Assembly (NCBI RefSeq): GCF_004010195.1
Contig: NC_057719.1
Location: forward strand, 41,543,774-41,576,876
Origin: Chiloscyllium plagiosum
Lineage: Eukaryota
Reading direction: 5' to 3'
DNA: 33,103 nt
Positions within the stretch are counted from its first letter, which is position 1, and each line of letters starts with the position of its first letter. A program made the position numbers and the translations under genes. Below the pieces are notes generated by a model. It was not told the origin of the DNA, did not search any database, and saw only the letters and a list, made by a program, of their open reading frames with translations. Positions 32,695 through 33,103 of this stretch are shown one piece after another.

Positions 32695-33103
32695 ATGGAG
32701 GTAAATGGCAAGATAAGCAGCAGGATAGAATGTTTCCAGGCGGATTTAAAATTGAGGCAGACTGAGAATGCAGTAAAAAGCAAGGATAACTTAGGACATA
32801 TGACTTCCAAAATCTCTAATGATAAGGAAGTTAGCATTAAGGCACTTTACCTGAATGCTCGTACCATACATAACAAAGCCGATGAACTAATGACACAGAT
32901 AATAGTGAATGATTATGATGTAGTAGGCATCACAGAGACTTGGTTACAGGGGGGTCAGGACTGGCAGTTAAACCTCCATGGTTTTTCAACTTATCAAAAA
33001 GACAGAGAGGTGGGCAGAGGGGGTGGGGTTGCCTTGTTAGTTAAGAACAAAATTAAATCTATGGTATTGAATGACATAGCGGCGGATGATGTGGAGTCTG
33101 TGT
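32695..33103 (+). CDS. CR1 ORF2p N-terminus (APE endonuclease), partial and absent from the ORF track
   Basis: MEVNGKISS..IKALYLNARTIHNKADEL..YDVVGITETWL..DREVGRGGGVALLVK..VESV with no stop to the window end. The frame is open from 32644. Confidence 0.92.
   Translation, partial: MEVNGKISSRIECFQADLKLRQTENAVKSKDNLGHMTSKISNDKEVSIKALYLNARTIHNKADELMTQIIVNDYDVVGITETWLQGGQDWQLNLHGFSTYQKDREVGRGGGVALLVKNKIKSMVLNDIAADDVESV

Larger units (their letters stand above)
31279..33103 (+). mobile_element. Young CR1 LINE 5' end (5'UTR, ORF1, start of ORF2), running off the window
   Basis: CpG-containing UTR starts abruptly within an old AT-rich CR1. Near-intact ORF1 and an open ORF2 follow. Confidence 0.93.

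Overview
This is eukaryotic, repeat-dominated vertebrate DNA, almost certainly from a shark or ray (two HE1/V-SINEs plus elasmobranch-type CR1 tails). No host protein-coding gene can be supported, and most ORFs in the track are spurious or transposon debris. Contents: many CR1 LINE fragments; the 5' end of a young CR1 (5'UTR, zinc-finger/SGNH-esterase ORF1, start of the APE-endonuclease ORF2) running off the right edge; a Rex1/Babar LINE; Penelope-like element (PLE) coding fragments; two decayed Harbinger transposons; several SINEs; and a 352-nt N gap. Eight PLE insertions have 11-15 bp target-site duplications and hammerhead-ribozyme motifs or remnants. Highlights: (1) an in-frame U_UUA_AAC slippery heptamer at the CR1 ORF1/ORF2 junction with ORF2 in the -1 frame; (2) ~70-nt intron-like units and a U1-mimic hairpin in that CR1 5'UTR; (3) a tandem-repeat-built CpG island with six CACGTGAC (E-box/CLEAR) motifs plus ETS/E2F/NRF1-like sites; (4) PLE mini-hairpin insertions, including a spacerless 158-bp palindrome and one core-intact hammerhead; (5) a VNTR-containing composite (SVA-like) retroelement candidate. 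Family assignments come from motif recognition by eye, not database searches.
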